From NCBI RefSeq assembly GCF_006345805.1, contig NC_043023.1, forward strand, positions 12,958,001 through 13,022,000: a stretch of DNA of 64,000 nt, in the 5' to 3' direction. The notes beneath the pieces are model-generated. The model ran no database searches and was not told the DNA's origin. It worked only from the letters and a program-made list of their open reading frames with translations. The DNA is from Octopus sinensis. Lineage: Eukaryota. A program made the position numbers and the translations under genes. Shown here piece after piece: positions 44,033 through 60,339 of the stretch (position 1 is the stretch's first letter; every line of letters begins with the position of its first letter).

Positions 44033-45746
44033 CATACAAGTAATAAGAGAGGGACCACATGTGGTCACTCTAACGCTAGAAATAGATCCGCAAAGGGAAT
44101 CCACCACTAAAGAATTGTTCTCAAGCATTAATTCAACACGCCAAGAATGTAAGCGGGCAGGACAAATGAAAAATAACGAAAAAATGGATTAACTCTATAC
44201 AATTGTTTCATCGTTAATAGATTGTGTAATTTTACTTACAAATCATTTTCGAATCATCGGTAGAGTATATCAAAAACATAATTTGCTGAACCAAACGCCA
44301 AAATCCATACGAAATTGATGTTATTAATTAATATTCAATTTCTTTCATCCTTACACACACACATATATGTATATATAATAGTACATATATATGCATAAAT
44401 ACATACGTATACGTACATACATGTTTGTTTATATTCGCGAGTGCCCGTTCTGTGTATTTTATTTTTTAGTATAAAATAACTAAAAAAAAAAGATTAATCG
44501 TTCTAATTTTCTCCGGTACTATTTAAGAAGAGTTGTCCCGGTGAGCGCACTCGCGCTAGTTAGTCGTGATTAGTCGATCCTACAACGACTGCCTAGCAAA
44601 GTAAATAAAACACAAAATAAATAATTTTTTTACACAAAGTAAATAATTTTTTGGCGATCCTTCGGTATAGGTACCGTGAGTGGTTTTGTTTACATTTCTG
44701 AAGATAACAGAAACCCTTTTCTCCCACCCCTAACATAAACCTTAACCATAACCCCCCATATATATAAAAAAAAAAGACACTTTCTTGAAATGTATCTGGT
44801 ACCTCCGGTACCTATACCGAAGTTACGCTAATTTTTTTAAACAAAGAAAATAATTTTTTAAAACAAAGTAAATAAAACAAAAGTACAAAGTAAGGATCGA
44901 TTAGTCACGACTAGCTACTGCAGAATTGCGCACCGGGACCTCTCTTCTTAAATAGTACCCTTGTAAGAGTTAGCAGTTCCTTCTCTAAGCTTGGATTCGA
45001 AATCGAGTCCAAGAATCTTCGGTCGTCAAATACCAATGCATGTATAGACGCGAAATAAGGAATCCCTTTGTCCTGACATTGCTCAGGTCGGAGGTCAAAG
45101 GGAGATGATCAATCAGTTTTTGTCAGAACAAAGGGATTCTTAATTTCGCGCCTATACATGCATCGGTATTTGACGACCGATGATTCTTGGATTCGATTTC
45201 GAATCCAAGCTTAGAGAAGGAACTGCTAACTCTTACACCCTTGTATGTTTGTTTATATTCGCGAGTGCCCGTTCTCCGTATTTTATTTTTTAGTATAAAA
45301 CATTTAAAAAATAGATCAATCTTTCTAATTTTCTCCATACTTTATGTATTCTGGATATATTTCCCATTTCCTAACTTTTTCTCACAAGTAAGCGTCATTA
45401 TCTTGGAGAGGTGCGCGGTACTACTAGCGAACAGTGGTCCCGGTGCGCGCACTCACGCATCCGTGCTAGCTAGTCGTAAGTAGTCGATCCTACGACTTTT
45501 TAACCCTAACCTTAGTTTGTTTACAAAAATAATGTATTTACTTAGTTTAAAAAATTGTAGGATCGACTATTTACGACTAGCTAACGCGAGTGCTCGCACC
45601 GGGACCACTGTTCGCTAGTACTACCTTATCATTATTGGTATTATCATCATCATTACAGCCTTAAAATAAATGTTTGTCAACTTACCGTATTCAGATACAA
45701 ACAACGAGTCAGCGATCGTTAATTAAGCACCTTAATTAATTAATTA

Positions 45747-46520
<774 letters not shown>

Positions 46521-48898
46521 AATTAACCTGTAAAACAATCATCTCCTCTATATTCCAGACAGCAAAGACTTCAAATTGTTGCTGTTAATTCCATCGTCCA
46601 GAAGAAATATTTTGCAGTTGTTTTTCACAGATTTCCTTTATAAGATGAGTTTGATGTATTGATGAATGCTCCTTATAAATATATCATCTTCCTTTGGTTG
46701 ATGGGAGCTGATAAAATATCAGAGGCACATCTGAATGAAGTAATTTCTTTCATATCAACAGGATGTTATATTCTGAAATAGAAAAAAAAAGAAGCAGTGA
46801 GATAAAGAGAATCATTAAACGACATAGTAATTCAACATTGCAAATCTTACAACATCAACACTGTGATCCATTTAATGTCTATGTTTGCAGGGGTCAGAAT
46901 CCATTGAGGCATTGAAACGTTTACAACATTTTGTATAGAGATTTCTCTATTGTTCTGCCGTGGGGAAAATTTTGGTGAAGGGTTAATTAAAATTTTGGCA
47001 AGGATGGATCCAATCTACTTCAAGATTCACTACAAATATATTTGTATACACACACACACACATATATATATATATACAAGTATTAAGAGAGGGACCACAT
47101 GTGGTCACTCTAACGCTAGAAATAGATCCGCAAAGGGAATCCACCACTAAAGAATTGTTCCCAAGCATTAATTCAACACGCCAAGAAAGTAAGCGGGCAG
47201 GACAAATGAAAAATAAAGAAAAAATGGATTAACTCTATACAATTGTTTCATCGTTAATAGATTGTGTAATTTTACTTACAAATCATTTTCGAATCATCGG
47301 TAGAGTATATCAAAAACATAATTTGCTGAACCAAACGCCAAAATCCATACGAAATTGATGTTATTAATTAATATTCAATTTCTTTCACCCTTACACACAC
47401 ACACATATATGTATATATAATAATACATATATATGCATAAATACATACGTATACGTACATACATGTTTGTTTATATTCGCGAGTGCCCGTACTGCGTATT
47501 TTATTTTTTAGTATAAAATAGTTTAAAAAATAGATTAATCGTTCTAATTTTGTCTGGTACTATTTAAAAAGAGTGGTCCCGGTGAGCGCACTCGCGCTAG
47601 TTAGTCGTGACTAGTCGATCCTACAACGACTACCTACCATAGTAATTAAAACACAAAATAAATAATTTTTTGGCGATCCTTCGGTATAAGTACCGTGAGT
47701 GGCTTTGTTTACATTTTGAAGATAACAGAAACCCTTTTCTCCCACCACTAACACAAACCTTAACCATAACCCCCCATATATATAAAAAAAAGACACTTTC
47801 TTGAAATGTATCTGGTACTTCCGGTACCTATACCGAAATTACGCTCATTTTTTTAAACAAAGAATATAATTTTTTTAAAACAAAGTAAATAAAACAAAAA
47901 TACAAAGTAAGGATCGACTAGTCACGACTAGCTACTGCGGATGCGCGCACCGGGACCTCTCTTCTTAAATAGTACCCTTGTAAGAGTTAGCACTTCCTTC
48001 TCTAAGCTTGGATTCGAAATCGAGTCCAAGAATCTTCGGTCGTCAAACACCGATGCATGTATAGGCGCGAAATTAAGAATCCCTTTGTCCTGACATTGCT
48101 CAGGTCGGAGGTCAAAGGGAGATGATCAATCAGTTTTTGTCAGAACAAAGGGATTCTTAATTTCGCGCCTATACATGCATTGGTATTTGACGACCGATGA
48201 TTCTTGGATTCGATTTCGAATCCAAGCTTAGAGAAGGAACTGCTAACTCTTACACCCTTGTATGTTTGTTTATATTCGCGAGTGCCCGTTCTCCGTATTT
48301 TATTTTTTAGTATAAAATATTTAAAAAATAGATCAATCTTTCTAATTTTCTCCATACTTTATGTATTCTGGATATATTTCCCATTTCCTAACTTTTTCTC
48401 ACAAGTAAGCGTCATTATCTTGGAGAGGTGCGCGGTACTACTAGCGAACAGTGGTCCAGGTGCGCGCACTCACGCATCCGTGGAAGCTAGTCGTATGTAG
48501 TCGATCCTACGACTTTTTAACCCTAACCGTAGTTTGTTTACAAAAATAATGTATTTACTTAGTTTTAAAAATTGTAGGATCGACTACTTACGACTAGCAA
48601 GCGCGGATACGCGAGTGCGCGCAACGGGACCACTGTTCGCTAGTAGTACCTTATCATTATTGGTATTATCATCATCATTACAGCCTTAAAATAAATCTTT
48701 ATCAACTTACCGTATTCAGATACAAACAACGAGTCAGCGATCGTTAATTAAGCACCTTAATTAATTAATTAAGGAAAGTTATATCCCTTTGTATGGTTAT
48801 AGTTCTTCAATTTTCTATGACTGGTTCGTTTCGTTCCGGTGTCTTCTTTGTCCCATTCTGTCAACGATTTTACCTTCAAGGTAATATAGAATATATAC

Positions 48899-49060
48899 AC
48901 TCACATATTCTAATCTACGACCGTTTCCAGCGCACGAACTGGACCCCGTCGCAGACACCGAAAGAAAGAAGGCATCTTTGACTTATATCTTCTGATGTGA
49001 CGTCAGGCCGTTGCACTTCCGATCCGTTTCTGACGTCATTTTCTCTCCTGTCCAATCATT
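48899..49060 (-). promoter_or_regulatory. Putative promoter of copy B'
   Basis: Same module, abutting the 14-copy array. Confidence 0.6.
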
Positions 49061-49114
49061 GTCCTTCCTTCACACTTCTCTCTCATCTAAAGAACAATGC
49101 TTGGATACCTTTTG

Positions 49115-51200
49115 GGGATCTTTTCGGTTTGACCGGCAGTTTTTTAAAATAATTTCCACGTAACTAAACACTTTTAAACTTCGTATACTGGTAGAATGTG
49201 TTTATAAAACATCTGTTTCTCTTGGCTTTATTGAGAAAATTCAGTAGTTTGTAAGATATTTGGGATCTTTTCGGTTTGACCGGCAGTTTTTTTAAATAAT
49301 TTCCACGTAACTAAACACTTTTAAACTTCGTATACTGGTAGAATGTGTTTATAAAACATCTTTTTCTCTTGGCTTTATTGAGAAAATTCTACAGTGTGGA
49401 AGATATTTGGGATCTTTTCGGTTTGAACGGCAGTTTTTTAAAATAATTTCCACGTAACTAAACACTTTTGAACTTCGTATACTGGTAGAATGTGTTTATA
49501 AAACATTTTTCTCTTGGCTTTATTGAGAAGATTCTATAGTTTGTAAGATATTTGGGATCTTTTCGGTTTGACCGGCAGTTTTTTAAAATAATTTCCACGT
49601 AACTAAACACTTTTAAACTTCGTATACTGGTAGAATGTGTTTATAAAACATCTGTTTCTCTTGGCTTTATTGAGAAAATTCAGTAGTTTGTAAGATATTT
49701 GGGATCTTTTCGGTTTGACCGGCAGTTTTTTTAAATAATTTCCACGTAACTAAACACTTTTAAACTTCGTATACTGGTAGAATGTGTTTATAAAACATCT
49801 TTTTCTCTTGGCTTTATTGAGAAAATTCTACAGTGTGGAAGATATTTGGGATCTTTTCGGTTTGAACGGCAGTTTTTTAAAATAATTTCCACGTAACTAA
49901 ACACTTTTGAACTTCGTATACTGGTAGAATGTGTTTATAAAACATTTTTCTCTTGGCTTTATTGAGAAGATTCTATAGTTTGTAAGATATTTGGGATCTT
50001 TTCGGTTTGACCGGCAGTTTTTTAAAATAATTTGCACGTAACTAAACACTTTTGAACTTCGTATACTGGTAGAATGTGTTTATAAAACATTTTTCTCTTG
50101 GCTTTATTGAGAAGATTCTATAGTTTGTAAGATATTTGGGATCTTTTCGGTTTGAACGGCAGTTTTTTAAAATAATTTCCACGTAACTAAACACTTTTGA
50201 ACTTCGTATACTGGTAGAATGTGTTTATAAAACATTTTTCTCTTGGCTTTATTGAGAAAATTCTATAGTTTGTAAGATATTTGGGATCTTTTCGGTTTGA
50301 ACGGCAGTTTTTTAAAATAATTTCCACGTAACTAAACACTTTTGAACTTCGTATACTGGTAGAATGTGTTTATAAAACATTTTTCTCTTGGCTTTATTGA
50401 GAAGATTCTATAGTTTGTAAGATATTTGGGATCTTTTCGGTTTGACCGGCAGTTTTTTAAAATAATTTGCACGTAACTAAACACTTTTGAACTTCGTATA
50501 CTGGTAGAATGTGTTTATAAAACATTTTTCTCTTGGCTTTATTGAGAAGATTCTATAGTTTGTAAGATATTTGGGATCTTTTCGGTTTGAACGGCAGTTT
50601 TTTAAAATAATTTCCACGTAACTAAACACTTTTGAACTTCGTATACTGGTAGAATGTGTTTATAAAACATTTTTCTCTTGGCTTTATTGAGAAGATTCTA
50701 TAGTTTGTAAGATATTTGGGATCTTTTCGGTTTGAACGGCAGTTTTTTAAAATAATTTCCACGTAACTAAACACTTTTGAACTTCGTATACTGGTAGAAT
50801 GTGTTTATAAAACATTTTTCTCTTGGCTTTATTGAGAAGATTCTATAGTTTGTAAGATATTTGGGATCTTTTCGGTTTGAACGGCAGTTTTTTAAAATAA
50901 TTTCCACGTAACTAAACACTTTTGAACTTCGTATACTGGTAGAATGTGTTTATAAAACATTTTTCTCTTGGCTTTATTGAGAAGATTCTATAGTTTGTAA
51001 GATATTTGGGATCTTTTCGGTTTGAACGGCAGTTTTTTAAAATAATTTCCACGTAACTAAACACTTTTGAACTTCGTATACTGGTAGAATGTGTTTATAA
51101 AACATTTTTCTCTTGGCTTTATTGAGAAAATTCTATAGTTTGTAAGATATTTGGGATCTTTTCGGTTTGAACGGCAGTTTTTTAAAGATAATTTCCACGT
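49115..51200. repeat. Tandem array of 14 full plus 1 partial 145-147 bp modules
   Basis: Same monomer, with unit starts from 49115 to 51008 and a partial unit at 51153. Confidence 0.95.
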
Positions 51201-54200
51201 GTTAGGGTTAGAAGTGGGGAGAAAAGGCTTTCTGTTATCTTCACAAATGTAAACAAAGTCACGTGTGTACATATATATCGAAGCATCGCCTTATTATTTA
51301 CTTTGTGTAAAAAAAAAAGGATCTTTTCGGTTTGACCGGCAGTTTTTTCTAGCGGTGTCATATGAAATTGTCACCCACAATTATGACCCTAGTATCGATC
51401 TATTGCATTTCAATCTGTGTTAGGGTTAGGGGTGGGGGAAGTGTATCTATTTTTTCTTAAATAAACCCAATCTGTTTCTTAAACGAGGGACATATTCATA
51501 AGGCACATAATGTTTTTTTTACCTCAACAGACGTCATTGATTGGTTGAAATTGCAGAAAAAACAACAACAAATATGTTACAAACTACAGAATTTTCTCAA
51601 TAGAGCCAAGGAATAAGATGCTTTATAAATACATTCTATCTGTATACGAAGTTTAAAATTTTTTTAGTTACCTAGAAATTTAAAAACCTGCCGTTCAAAC
51701 CGAAAAGATCCCCATTATTCCCAGAGAACAGTTGTCGAACCAGATAGCTGCACCAGGCTCCAATCTGATCTGGTAGAGTTTCTACAGCTGGTTGGTGTTA
51801 GGAAGGGCATCCAGCTGTAGAAACTCTGCCAGATCAGATTGGAGCCTGGTGCTGCCTCTTGGTTCGCCAGTCCTCAATCAAATCGTGCAACCCATGCTAG
51901 AATGGAAATCGGATGTTAAACGATTATGATGATGATGATGATCACAGTGATCTATTTTCTCTCATGTATAATTAAGTTGCTACTTTGAGAGAACCGTCAG
52001 TGGATGGAATGTAGTGTCGTGTGTTCGATATTCGAAGGTTGATTAATTCTTCCAATGACAACGGGGAGGGAAAAGATGGCGCCGCTCCCAACATAATGCA
52101 CAATTACGAAAGGAAATAGAGAAGCGCTGGGATTTTTACCTTTTGACCTACAGATTTAAAAGATAATTCTTAAATCGGCAGAAAATTAGGAAGATTCATC
52201 CATTTTTTAAAAGTATTTTATACTAACAAATAAAATATGGAGAACGGGCACTCGCGAATATAAACAGATCATGTCGTGTAGCCAGCTGTAGGTGTCTCCT
52301 TAGGCTGAATTACATCAACATCTCTATATATATTGTTACGGAATCACCCATCGCCGCTCGCCCGAACGGGCAGGTTCGCCACGGAACCCAGAGAGAGGAG
52401 AGATAGAACAACAACAACAACTGTAGCAGCAGCACAGAGAGACACAGAGGCAACCGAGAGAGACACAAAACTGCAAGGCAACAACTGGCTTACATTTAAC
52501 AACTAGTTTATGACAATCAATTGTTACAACATCAAAGCATTTAAAGGAAACAACAAATCAATACAGGTATACAACAGATCAAAGTATTTAAACATGCAAG
52601 TAACAATATAACAGTCCAGTATCGACACAACAAGTCATATACAGTTCGAAGGACATTATACAATGTTCAAATCACAACACTGTACAAAATGTCTTTACAC
52701 AATTCACATTGTTCATTTCACTGTCTCAGTTCTTTTCACTGTTCAATACACCAATTCTTTTTTTTCCTTCTACAGTCTCTTTACATCGTAGCACGTATCA
52801 ATACAATTAAATACCTTAATTCCTGATTAGAATAGACAGTGTCCTATATTGTAGTTTCTCTCTCTCTGTCGCCTATTCCTCTGTATATATATCCCTTTTT
52901 GCGCTGCTAGCTCCAACCTGCCAAGCTCTCGCATCCCAACCGCTTGCTCTGACTTCCAAAATCCGACTGTGCAAAAACCTCACTTGCTCTGTCCTTGCCA
53001 CTACCCTAATCTCTCTCTCCCCTAGCGCTGCTATACTCTCTGCCCCTCATCCTCTCTCACTGCTAATATCCTCTCTATCTGCTCTCAGCCCTAACTGCCT
53101 ATCTCTATCCTCCATCTGTCTCTTAGCCTTATACTCTCTCTATCTGCTCTCAGCCCTTACTCTATCTTTCTCACTACTTTCCTCTTCCTCGGCCCTCACA
53201 TCTCTCTGACCCCCAATCGACCGCACAAGGCCAAAAGGTCCCTCCAAAAAAGCCATTACTCTTCCAGTAAACAAAGAGCCGTTGCTTTTCTTCCAGACGT
53301 GCCGGCGCCACTCCCAAAAAGTGGGTCAAGAAATACTGTACTAGCCAAACCATAACAATATAAATGGCCAAATGTCTGTCTGTGTGTGCCTGTCCTTTAT
53401 ACAAATCCACAATTTCTCAGTTAGAGGGCTCGCACTTTCTATGGTCATTCAAAATCTTCCAAGGGTGGTCGTGCACATCTTTACATTTCCCCAGTCACCC
53501 CGAAAAGCCTTTAAAAAATCAATAGAACAAGGATCTGTCAACAAATAACAATATTTATTTTTCTGTCTGTACAAGCGTTACATCTCTGGACAATCAGTAG
53601 CTAGGTCGCCTTGGTGCAGAAGCAGCAGAGACAGTTTAATCATGATTGTGAAGGCATACTTCACAGATTCGCTGAAGTCATGGATCGCCTTCAGAATTCC
53701 AGCCACACGGAGCTGGTCAAGTGACGTCCAGCTTGGTTGGAAGCAGGGGCGAAGAGAGAGAGAGAGGACGGCGGTCAAGCCTATCTGATGCTGATGATGA
53801 CTGCACATGCACATAAGGTGCTTCCGGCAGGCTCTTACCCCTGCGCATGCGTGCATGAAAATCCTAAAGTGGTGTCCGGGACAAGGCGTCACTACAAGGC
53901 TCCCCCTTGAGTGCGGGGCATGAAAATAGAAAGATTGTAGTGGCACCAGAAATAAGATGGCTACCGATTACCCAGAAGATGTGGCACAAAATATGACAAC
54001 TCAAAAGAAGATGTAATCACAATATACATATAGGCGCAGGAGTGGCTGTGTGGTAAGTAGCTTGCTTACCAACCACATGGTTCCAGGTTCAGTCCCACTG
54101 CGTGTCACCTTGGGTAACTATCTTCTACTATTGCCTGAGGCCGACCAAAGCCTTGTGAGTGGATTTGGTAGACGGAAACTGAAAGAAGCCCGTCGTATAT

Positions 54201-55150
54201 ATGTATATATATATATATGAATGTGTGTGTGTGTTTGTGTGTCTGTGTTTGTCCCCCTAGCATTGCTTGACCACCGATGCTGGTGTGTTTATGTCCCCGT
54301 CACTTAGCAGTTCGGCAAAAGAGACCGATAGAATAAGTACTGGGCTTACAAAAGAATAAGTCCCGGGGTCGAGTTGCACTATTAAAGGCGGAGCTCCAGC
54401 ATGGCCACAGTCAAATGACTGAAACAAGTAAAAGAGAAAGAGAAAGAGAGAATAAGCATGCACAAAAAATTTTATTTTTACAAAATGTTTAATAACAAAA
54501 CATTGGAAATGTCCAGTACACAAAAGAACAGCTGTCTGTCACAGGAAACAGTAGAGAATCCTCCTCATCATCTTTGATTAACATCTGTTTTCCCTGCTAG
54601 CATGGGTTGGACGGTTGACTGGGGTCTGGGATACCAGGAGGCTGCACCAGGTTGCAGTCTGATCTGGAAGTGTTTCTACAGCTGGATGCCCTTCCTAAAT
54701 GCCAACCACTCTGTGAGTGTAGTGGATGCTTTTACGTCCCACCGGCACAGGGTCCTACGGAGTCTGGCAGCGGCCACAGTCAGTCGGTGCTTTTTAAGAG
54801 CCACCAGCACGGAAGCCAGTTGAGGCGGAGCTTGCAACGGCCACGTTCGGATGGTGCTTTCTACATGCCACTGGCACAGGTGCCAGGGGAGGCTGGCATC
54901 GGCCACGATCAGTCGGTGCTTTTTACGTCCCACCAGCACTGGTATCACAGCTACAATTTCCATTGATGTTGATAGATTTCGATTTTGATCCTGATTCTCA
55001 CTTGCCTCAACAAGGTCTTCACAAGTAGAGTTTTGTGTCCCAAGAAGGAAAGGTATGCATAAGTGGACTGGCTACACTACAGGCAGAGGCCATGGGTTAT
55101 GGACTCACTTTTCCTGCCGGGTTGTAACAAATTTTGATATTGATATGATT
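51190..55150. repeat. Segmental duplication of ~20.2-24.1 kb (foldback MITE, hairpin retroposon, solo LTR, SINE, 3'UTR)
   Basis: Colinear and near-identical by eye. Confidence 0.9.
52334..53357. mobile_element. Second copy of the same solo LTR, at the homologous site
   Basis: Same termini, TSD and flanks. Confidence 0.7.
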
Positions 55151-56537
55151 ACACCTGTGGATGAATACTCAGATGTGAACTTAAGTGGCGTTTTTGAGAG
55201 AATGACTCACCACAAATATCACAATGATATTGTTTTTCACCTGTATGAATACGTTTATGTTTAGGCAAGTCACTACTGTAAGAGAATGATTTACCACAGA
55301 TATCACAATGATATGGTTTCTCTCCTGTATGAGTACGTAGGTGTCTGGTTAAATGGCTATTTTCAGTGAATGATTTACCACAGGTATCACAATGATATGG
55401 TTTTTCCCCAGTATGAATACGTATATGACTAGTCAAAGTACTATTTCCTGAAAATGATTTACCACAGATATCACAATGGTATGGCTTCTCTCCTGTATGA
55501 ATACGTTTGTGACTACTTAAAACGTTACTCCAAGAATATGATTTACCACAGATATCACAATGGTATGGCTTCTCTCCTGTATGAATACGTTTGTGATCAG
55601 TTAAAATGTTACTTCTAGAAAATGATTTACCACAGATATTACAATGATGGGGCTTCTCTCCTGTATGTGTACGTTTGTGTTTATTTAAGTCACTACTGTG
55701 AGAAAATGATTTACCACAGATATCACACTGATATGGTTTCTCTCCTGTATGAATACGTCTGTGACTGATTAAATTGCCAATTTCAGAGAATGATTTACCA
55801 CAAATATCACAATGATGGGGCTTTTCTCCTGTATGTGTACGTTTGTGTTTATTTAATTCACTACTGGTAGAGAATGATTTACCACAGATATAACACTGAT
55901 ATGGTTTTTCCCCAGTATGAATACGTATATGACTAGTCAAGATACTACTTTGTGAGAATGATTTACCACAGATATCACAATGGTATGGCTTCTCTCCTGT
56001 ATGAATACGTTTGTGATCAGTTAAAGAAGAAGATTGAGAAAATGATTTACCACAGATATTACAATGATGGGGCTTTTCTCCTGTATGAGTACGTTTGTGT
56101 TTAGGTAAGTCAGCACTTCGAGAAAATGATTTACCACAGATATCACACTGATATGGTTTCTCTCCTGTATGAGTACGTTTGTGTTTAGGTAAGTCAGCAC
56201 TTCGAGAAAATGATTTACCACAGATATCACACTGATGCGGCTTTACCCCAGTATGAATAAATTTGTGATGAGTTAAAGTGCTATTTTCAGAAAATGATTT
56301 ACCACAGATATCACACTGATGCGGCTTTTCCCCAGTATGAATAAATTTGTGACAAGTTAAAGTGCTATTGTCAGAAAATGATTTACTACAGATATCACAC
56401 TGATATGGTTTTTCTCCAGTATGAATACGTCTGTGCCTTCTTAGATTACAACTTTGAGAGAATGACTTACCACAGATATCACAGTGATATGGCTTCTCTC
56501 TTTTATCAGAGATTTTTGCTTTAGTTGAATTATTCAT
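55149..56537 (-). CDS. Zinc-finger copy F: 16 fingers, the only copy with a complete ancestral frame (ends IHPQV*)
   Basis: 462-aa uninterrupted ORF with promoter at 58.6 kb. Confidence 0.9.
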   Translation of the reverse strand: MNNSTKAKISDKREKPYHCDICGKSFSQSCNLRRHRRIHTGEKPYQCDICSKSFSDNSTLTCHKFIHTGEKPHQCDICGKSFSENSTLTHHKFIHTGVKPHQCDICGKSFSRSADLPKHKRTHTGEKPYQCDICGKSFSRSADLPKHKRTHTGEKPHHCNICGKSFSQSSSLTDHKRIHTGEKPYHCDICGKSFSQSSILTSHIRIHTGEKPYQCYICGKSFSTSSELNKHKRTHTGEKPHHCDICGKSFSEIGNLISHRRIHTGEKPYQCDICGKSFSHSSDLNKHKRTHTGEKPHHCNICGKSFSRSNILTDHKRIHTGEKPYHCDICGKSYSWSNVLSSHKRIHTGEKPYHCDICGKSFSGNSTLTSHIRIHTGEKPYHCDTCGKSFTENSHLTRHLRTHTGEKPYHCDICGKSFSYSSDLPKHKRIHTGEKQYHCDICGESFSQKRHLSSHLSIHPQV

Positions 56538-58560
56538 TATGAGAGAATAATTTCGTTATACATATCACAATGATAGTATCTGTTTCATTTCTATGAATGA
56601 TTGTGTTCAAATGCATCAGAGAATAATTAAATGTTATGTTACTTTCATTGGTGATCTTGCTTAATATCTAAAACAGAAGATATAAATTGGTTAACTCTTT
56701 CGTAAAGTTACTCAAACTTAACCTGTAGGTTCATCATCATCTCTACATTCCAGATGGCAAAAAACAAGAGGTGACAATTGTCACCCCTTTGTAAAGTTAT
56801 CCAAGCTTAATTAACCTGTAAAACAATCATCTCCTCTATATTCCAGACAGCAAAGACTTCAAATTGTTGCTGTTAATTCCATCGTCCAGAAGAAATATTT
56901 TGCTGTTGTTTTTCACAGATTTCCTTTATAAGATGAGTTTGATGTATTGATGAATGCTCCTTATAAATATATCATCTTCCTTTGGTTGATGGGAGCTGAT
57001 AAAATATCAGAGGCACATCTGAATGAAGCAATTTCTTTCATATCAACAGGATGTTATATTCTGAAATAGAAAAAAAAAAGAAGCAGTGAGATAAAGAGAA
57101 TCATTAAACGACATAGTAATTCAACATTGCAAATCTTACAACATCAACACTGTCATCCATTTAATGTCTATGTTTGCAGGGGTCAGAATCCATTGAGGCA
57201 TTGAAACTTTTACAACATTCTGTATAGAGATTTCTCTATTGTTCTGCCATGGCAAAAATTTTGGTGAAGGTTTAAATAAAATTTTGAAAAGGATGGAACC
57301 AATCTACTTCAAGATTCACTACAAATATATTTGTATAAACACACACACATATATGTATATATAATAATACATATATATGCGTAAATACATACGTATACGT
57401 ACATACATTTTTGTTTATATTTGCGAGTGCCCGTTCTGCGTATTTTATTTTTTAGTATAAAATAGTTTAAAAAAATAGATTAATCGTTCTAATTTTCTCT
57501 GGTACTATTTAAAAAGTGTGGTCCCGGTGCGCGCACTCGCGCTAGTTAGTTGTGATTAGTCGATCCTACAACGACTACCTAGCAAAGTGAATAAAACACA
57601 AAATAAATAATTTCTTTACACAAAGTAAATAATCTTTTGGCGATCCTTCGGTATAGGTACCGTAAGTGGCTTTGATTACATTTCTGAAGATAACAGAAAC
57701 CCTTTTCTCCCACCCCTAACACAAACCTTAACCATAACCCCCCATATATATAAAAAAAAAAGACACTTTCTTGAAATGTATCTGGTACTTCCGGTACCTA
57801 TACCGAAGTTACGATCATTTTTTTAAAACAAAGTAAATAATACAAAAATACAAAGTAAGGATCGACTAGTCACGACTAGCTAGCATGCCCACCGCGACCT
57901 CTCTTCTTAAATAGTACCCTTATATGTTTGTTTATATTCGCGAGTGCCCGCTCTCCGTATTTTATTTTTTAGTATAAAATATTTAAAAAATAGATTAATC
58001 TTTCTAATTTCCTCCATACTTTATGTATTCTGGATATATTTCCCATTTCCTAACTTTTTCTCACAAGTAAGCGTCATTATCTTGGAGAGGTGCGCGGTAC
58101 TACTAGCGAACAGTGGCCCCGGTGCGCGCACTCGTGCATCCGTGCAAGCTAGTCGTATGTAGTCGATCCTACGACTTTTTAACCCTAACCTTAGTTTGTT
58201 TACAAAAATAACGTATTTACTTAGTTTTTAAATTTGTAGGATCGACTACTTACGACTAGCAAGCGCGGATTCGCTAGTGCGCGCACCGGGACCACTGTTC
58301 GCTAGTACTACCTTATCATTATTGGTATTATCATCATCATTACAGCCTTAAAATAAATCTTTGTCAACTTACCGTTTTCAGATACAAACAACGAGTCAGT
58401 GATCGTTAATTAAGCACCTTAATTAATTAATTAAGGAAAGTTATATCCCTTTATATGGTTATAGTTCTTCAATTTTCTATGACTGGTTCGCTTCGTTCCG
58501 GTGTCTTCTTTGTCCCATTCTGTCAACGATTTTACCTTGAAGGTAATATAGAATATATAC

Positions 58561-58736
58561 ACTCACATATTCTAATCTACGACCGTTTCCAGCGCACGAA
58601 CTGGACCCCGTCGCAGACACCGAAAGAAAGAAGGCATCTTTGACTTATATCTTCCTGATGTGACGTCAGGCCGTTGCACTTCCGATCCGTTTCTGACGTC
58701 ATTTTCTCTCCTGTCCAATCATTGTCCTTCCTTCAC
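58561..58736 (-). promoter_or_regulatory. Putative promoter of copy F, directly adjacent to inverted copy G
   Basis: Same module, with no MITE module upstream. Confidence 0.6.
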
Positions 58737-58843
58737 TTTTTAAGTTCCACTCTTATAATAGTGTTTCAACGGAACATAAACATATTTATATAAATGAGAA
58801 AAACATTAACATAGTGATACGTATGACAAATTATCCTCTCATA

Positions 58844-59631
<788 letters not shown>

Positions 59632-60339
59632 CCATATCAGTATTAAAATTCATTACACCATGACAAGAATTATGAATATTTTGTCTGCTAAAAGACAGGG
59701 TTTATTCCTCTTCAAGCTTGACATTATCAACTTCAGTTTCCTGGATGTCAACATGAAATTCATGAATCTCAACTTCAATATCATTTATATATCTAAATAT
59801 ATCAACACAGAGATGACTTTGGTTTCTGAAGATGATTGTGCTGGATTTTTGAGGAATTTGTTATGAGAGAATAAAGGAATGGGAATAAGGAATAAAAGTT
59901 TAAAGTGAGTTTGATTTTGGCTTTGTTGTGCTTTCATCATCGTTATCCTTCAGCGACATGTTCCATACTGGAATGGGTAGGACAATGGGACATTAGTTGC
60001 CAGGCTTGGGTGCTGTACCAGGTTCTAGATTTTGTGATGACACTAGTAATGCATCCCGGCGTTGCCAGGGTGTTATGACCTACAGCCATGTTGTATTATT
60101 TGTTTCTTTCTTATGGGCAGAATCGGCACACGAGGTGTTTGAAGCAAACAACTCTTCTTTATAAACATGTTGTTTGGTAATTTTGTGATAAACAGGGCTG
60201 AAATTGTTGACACCAAAAACATGTAGAATGGTAGCATAGATTTGAATGAATTCCTAACATTGCCCCAGAATGACCTCGACTTGCAGACGTAAAGAATTGG
60301 CTGACACACGAGGACATAGAGGTATTTATATTGCACAAG

